Origin: Pseudomonadota bacterium
GTDB taxonomy: Bacteria > Pseudomonadota > Alphaproteobacteria > UBA6615
Assembly (NCBI GenBank): GCA_027618305.1
Contig: JAQCFD010000003.1
Location: forward strand, 1-39,326
Direction of reading: 5' to 3'
DNA: 39,326 bases
This document shows, piece after piece, positions 38,549-39,326 of the stretch. Within the stretch, counting starts at the first letter, position 1. The number at the start of each line of letters is the position of its first letter. The notes under the pieces are model-generated. The model saw only the letters and a list, made by a program, of their open reading frames with translations, ran no database searches and had not been told where the DNA came from. The position numbers and the translations under genes are program-made.

Positions 38549-38598
38549 GAAGTCATAGGGAGGAAACGCTTTAAAGCGACACCGCAGTACGATGCCGC
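38520..38598 (-). ncRNA. suhB/MmgR (alpha-r8)-like small RNA
   Basis: Minus strand GCGTTTCCTCCCTATGACTTC-GGGCCGTGG-TTT-CCACGGCCC-TTTTTTTT, i.e. an anti-SD loop plus terminator. Lies convergent, downstream of the N-formylglutamate amidohydrolase gene. 5' end estimated from the promoter. Confidence 0.85.
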
Positions 38599-38633
38599 AG
38601 TGCAATATATGCTTCTCGCATATGCGAAGACAA
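38593..38633 (-). promoter_or_regulatory. sRNA promoter with spacer palindrome and PhaR/AniA-like box
   Basis: TTGTCT (38633-38628), -10 CATATA or TATATT (38611-38604), palindrome TCGCATATGCGA at 38616-38627, TGCACTGCGGCA at 38604-38593. Confidence 0.55.
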
Positions 38634-38759
38634 GCCGTTCGGGTGCATGCCGTGGTAATTAAAAGAAAATTCTCTATTCACTGAATTTCGTTGAAATAAT
38701 ATTTCGCGATTATCATGCACTGCACAATAGATAAGCAGGATTGGTGCACCCGGCCATGA

Positions 38760-38774
38760 TGGCACGGCGTTTGC
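38760..38774 (+). promoter_or_regulatory. sigma54 (-24/-12) promoter
   Basis: TGGCACGGCGTTTGC matches TGGCAC-N5-TTGC and ends 15 nt before ATG 38790. Confidence 0.7.
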
Positions 38775-38789
38775 GACGTAAGTCGTGCC

Positions 38790-39326
38790 ATGACGATCAC
38801 ATTTCACAACCCCTATCGACATTTCCTGGTGTCCGCGCTCGCAGCGGCCGTTTTCACGCTGGCGGCGATCGTCGACCCATACCCCGCCAACGCTATGGAA
38901 ACGCACAGTATTTGCGCCTCGGCCATCGGCCCCGCGGAGATCGAAAGGAATATACCAAACGATCTCCTCATGGCGATCGCACATACGGAATCCGGGCGCT
39001 GGGATGCGCGCCGGCAGGCAATATTTGCCTGGCCCTGGACGGTCACAAGTGGTCCGGATGGGCGGTTTTTTCCGACCAAGGCGGAGGCCATCGACCATGT
39101 TCGCCGTTTGCAGGCGCGCGGCGTTCAAAATATCGACGTCGGCTGCATGCAGATCAATTTGCGCCATCACCCCAACGCTTTTCCCGATCTGGAAACGGCA
39201 TTCGATCCTGCGAAAAATACCGCCTATGCAGCTCAATTCCTGGGCGACCTTTTCAAAGCGCACAACTCCTGGGGCGAGGCGATACGGCGCTACCATTCCA
39301 AGAACTCGAAATTCAACCGCCCCTAT
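38790..39326 (+). CDS. Lytic transglycosylase (SLT domain, SltF-like), partial at window end; not in ORF track
   Basis: Manual translation MTITF...signal-like segment...ICASAI...IPNDLLMAIAHTESGR...WPWTV...NIDVGCMQIN.RHH...AFDPAKN..YAAQFL...W.EAI.RYHS. Confidence 0.9.
   Translation, partial: MTITFHNPYRHFLVSALAAAVFTLAAIVDPYPANAMETHSICASAIGPAEIERNIPNDLLMAIAHTESGRWDARRQAIFAWPWTVTSGPDGRFFPTKAEAIDHVRRLQARGVQNIDVGCMQINLRHHPNAFPDLETAFDPAKNTAYAAQFLGDLFKAHNSWGEAIRRYHSKNSKFNRPY

Noticed and set aside
38655-38675. CtrA box upstream of the transglycosylase
   Set aside because: TTAA-N7-TTCT matches only one half-site in an AT-rich tract.
38571-39296. 241-aa minus-strand ORF
   Set aside because: Antisense to the SLT gene, which the track missed because it has no stop inside the window.

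Overview
GC-rich alphaproteobacterial chromosomal window (taxonomy inferred from cpdR, aapJQMP, type-B L36 and a suhB/MmgR-like sRNA). In order: a PQQ-type beta-propeller gene running off the left end, a lipocalin-like gene, glcDEF with palindromic REP-like elements in both gaps, rpmJ (absent from the ORF track), an AhpD-like peroxidase, an IPNS-like 2OG-Fe(II) oxygenase, a degenerate HtrA-like protein, a metallophosphoesterase, aapJQMP, an AEC transporter, a VOC protein and a frameshifted Tat-signal papain-like cysteine protease. Next come an orphan uptake/catabolic cluster (cyclase, SDR, cupin, ketopantoate-reductase-like, ABC transporter with two ATPases, crotonase, CmcJ-like oxygenase) and a Wzx/Wzy glycan locus with deacetylase, FemAB-like and methyltransferase tailoring genes ending near tRNA-Val(GAC). 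The right end holds a cupin, cpdR, N-formylglutamate amidohydrolase, a GNAT, the suhB/MmgR-like sRNA and a lytic transglycosylase with a sigma54-type promoter, which runs off the window. Four otherwise intact genes each carry one lesion (two in-frame stops, two 1-nt frameshifts), and all four encode exported or membrane proteins; sequencing error cannot be excluded. No integrase, transposase, prophage or CRISPR array was seen. All calls come from motif recognition by eye, with no database searches.
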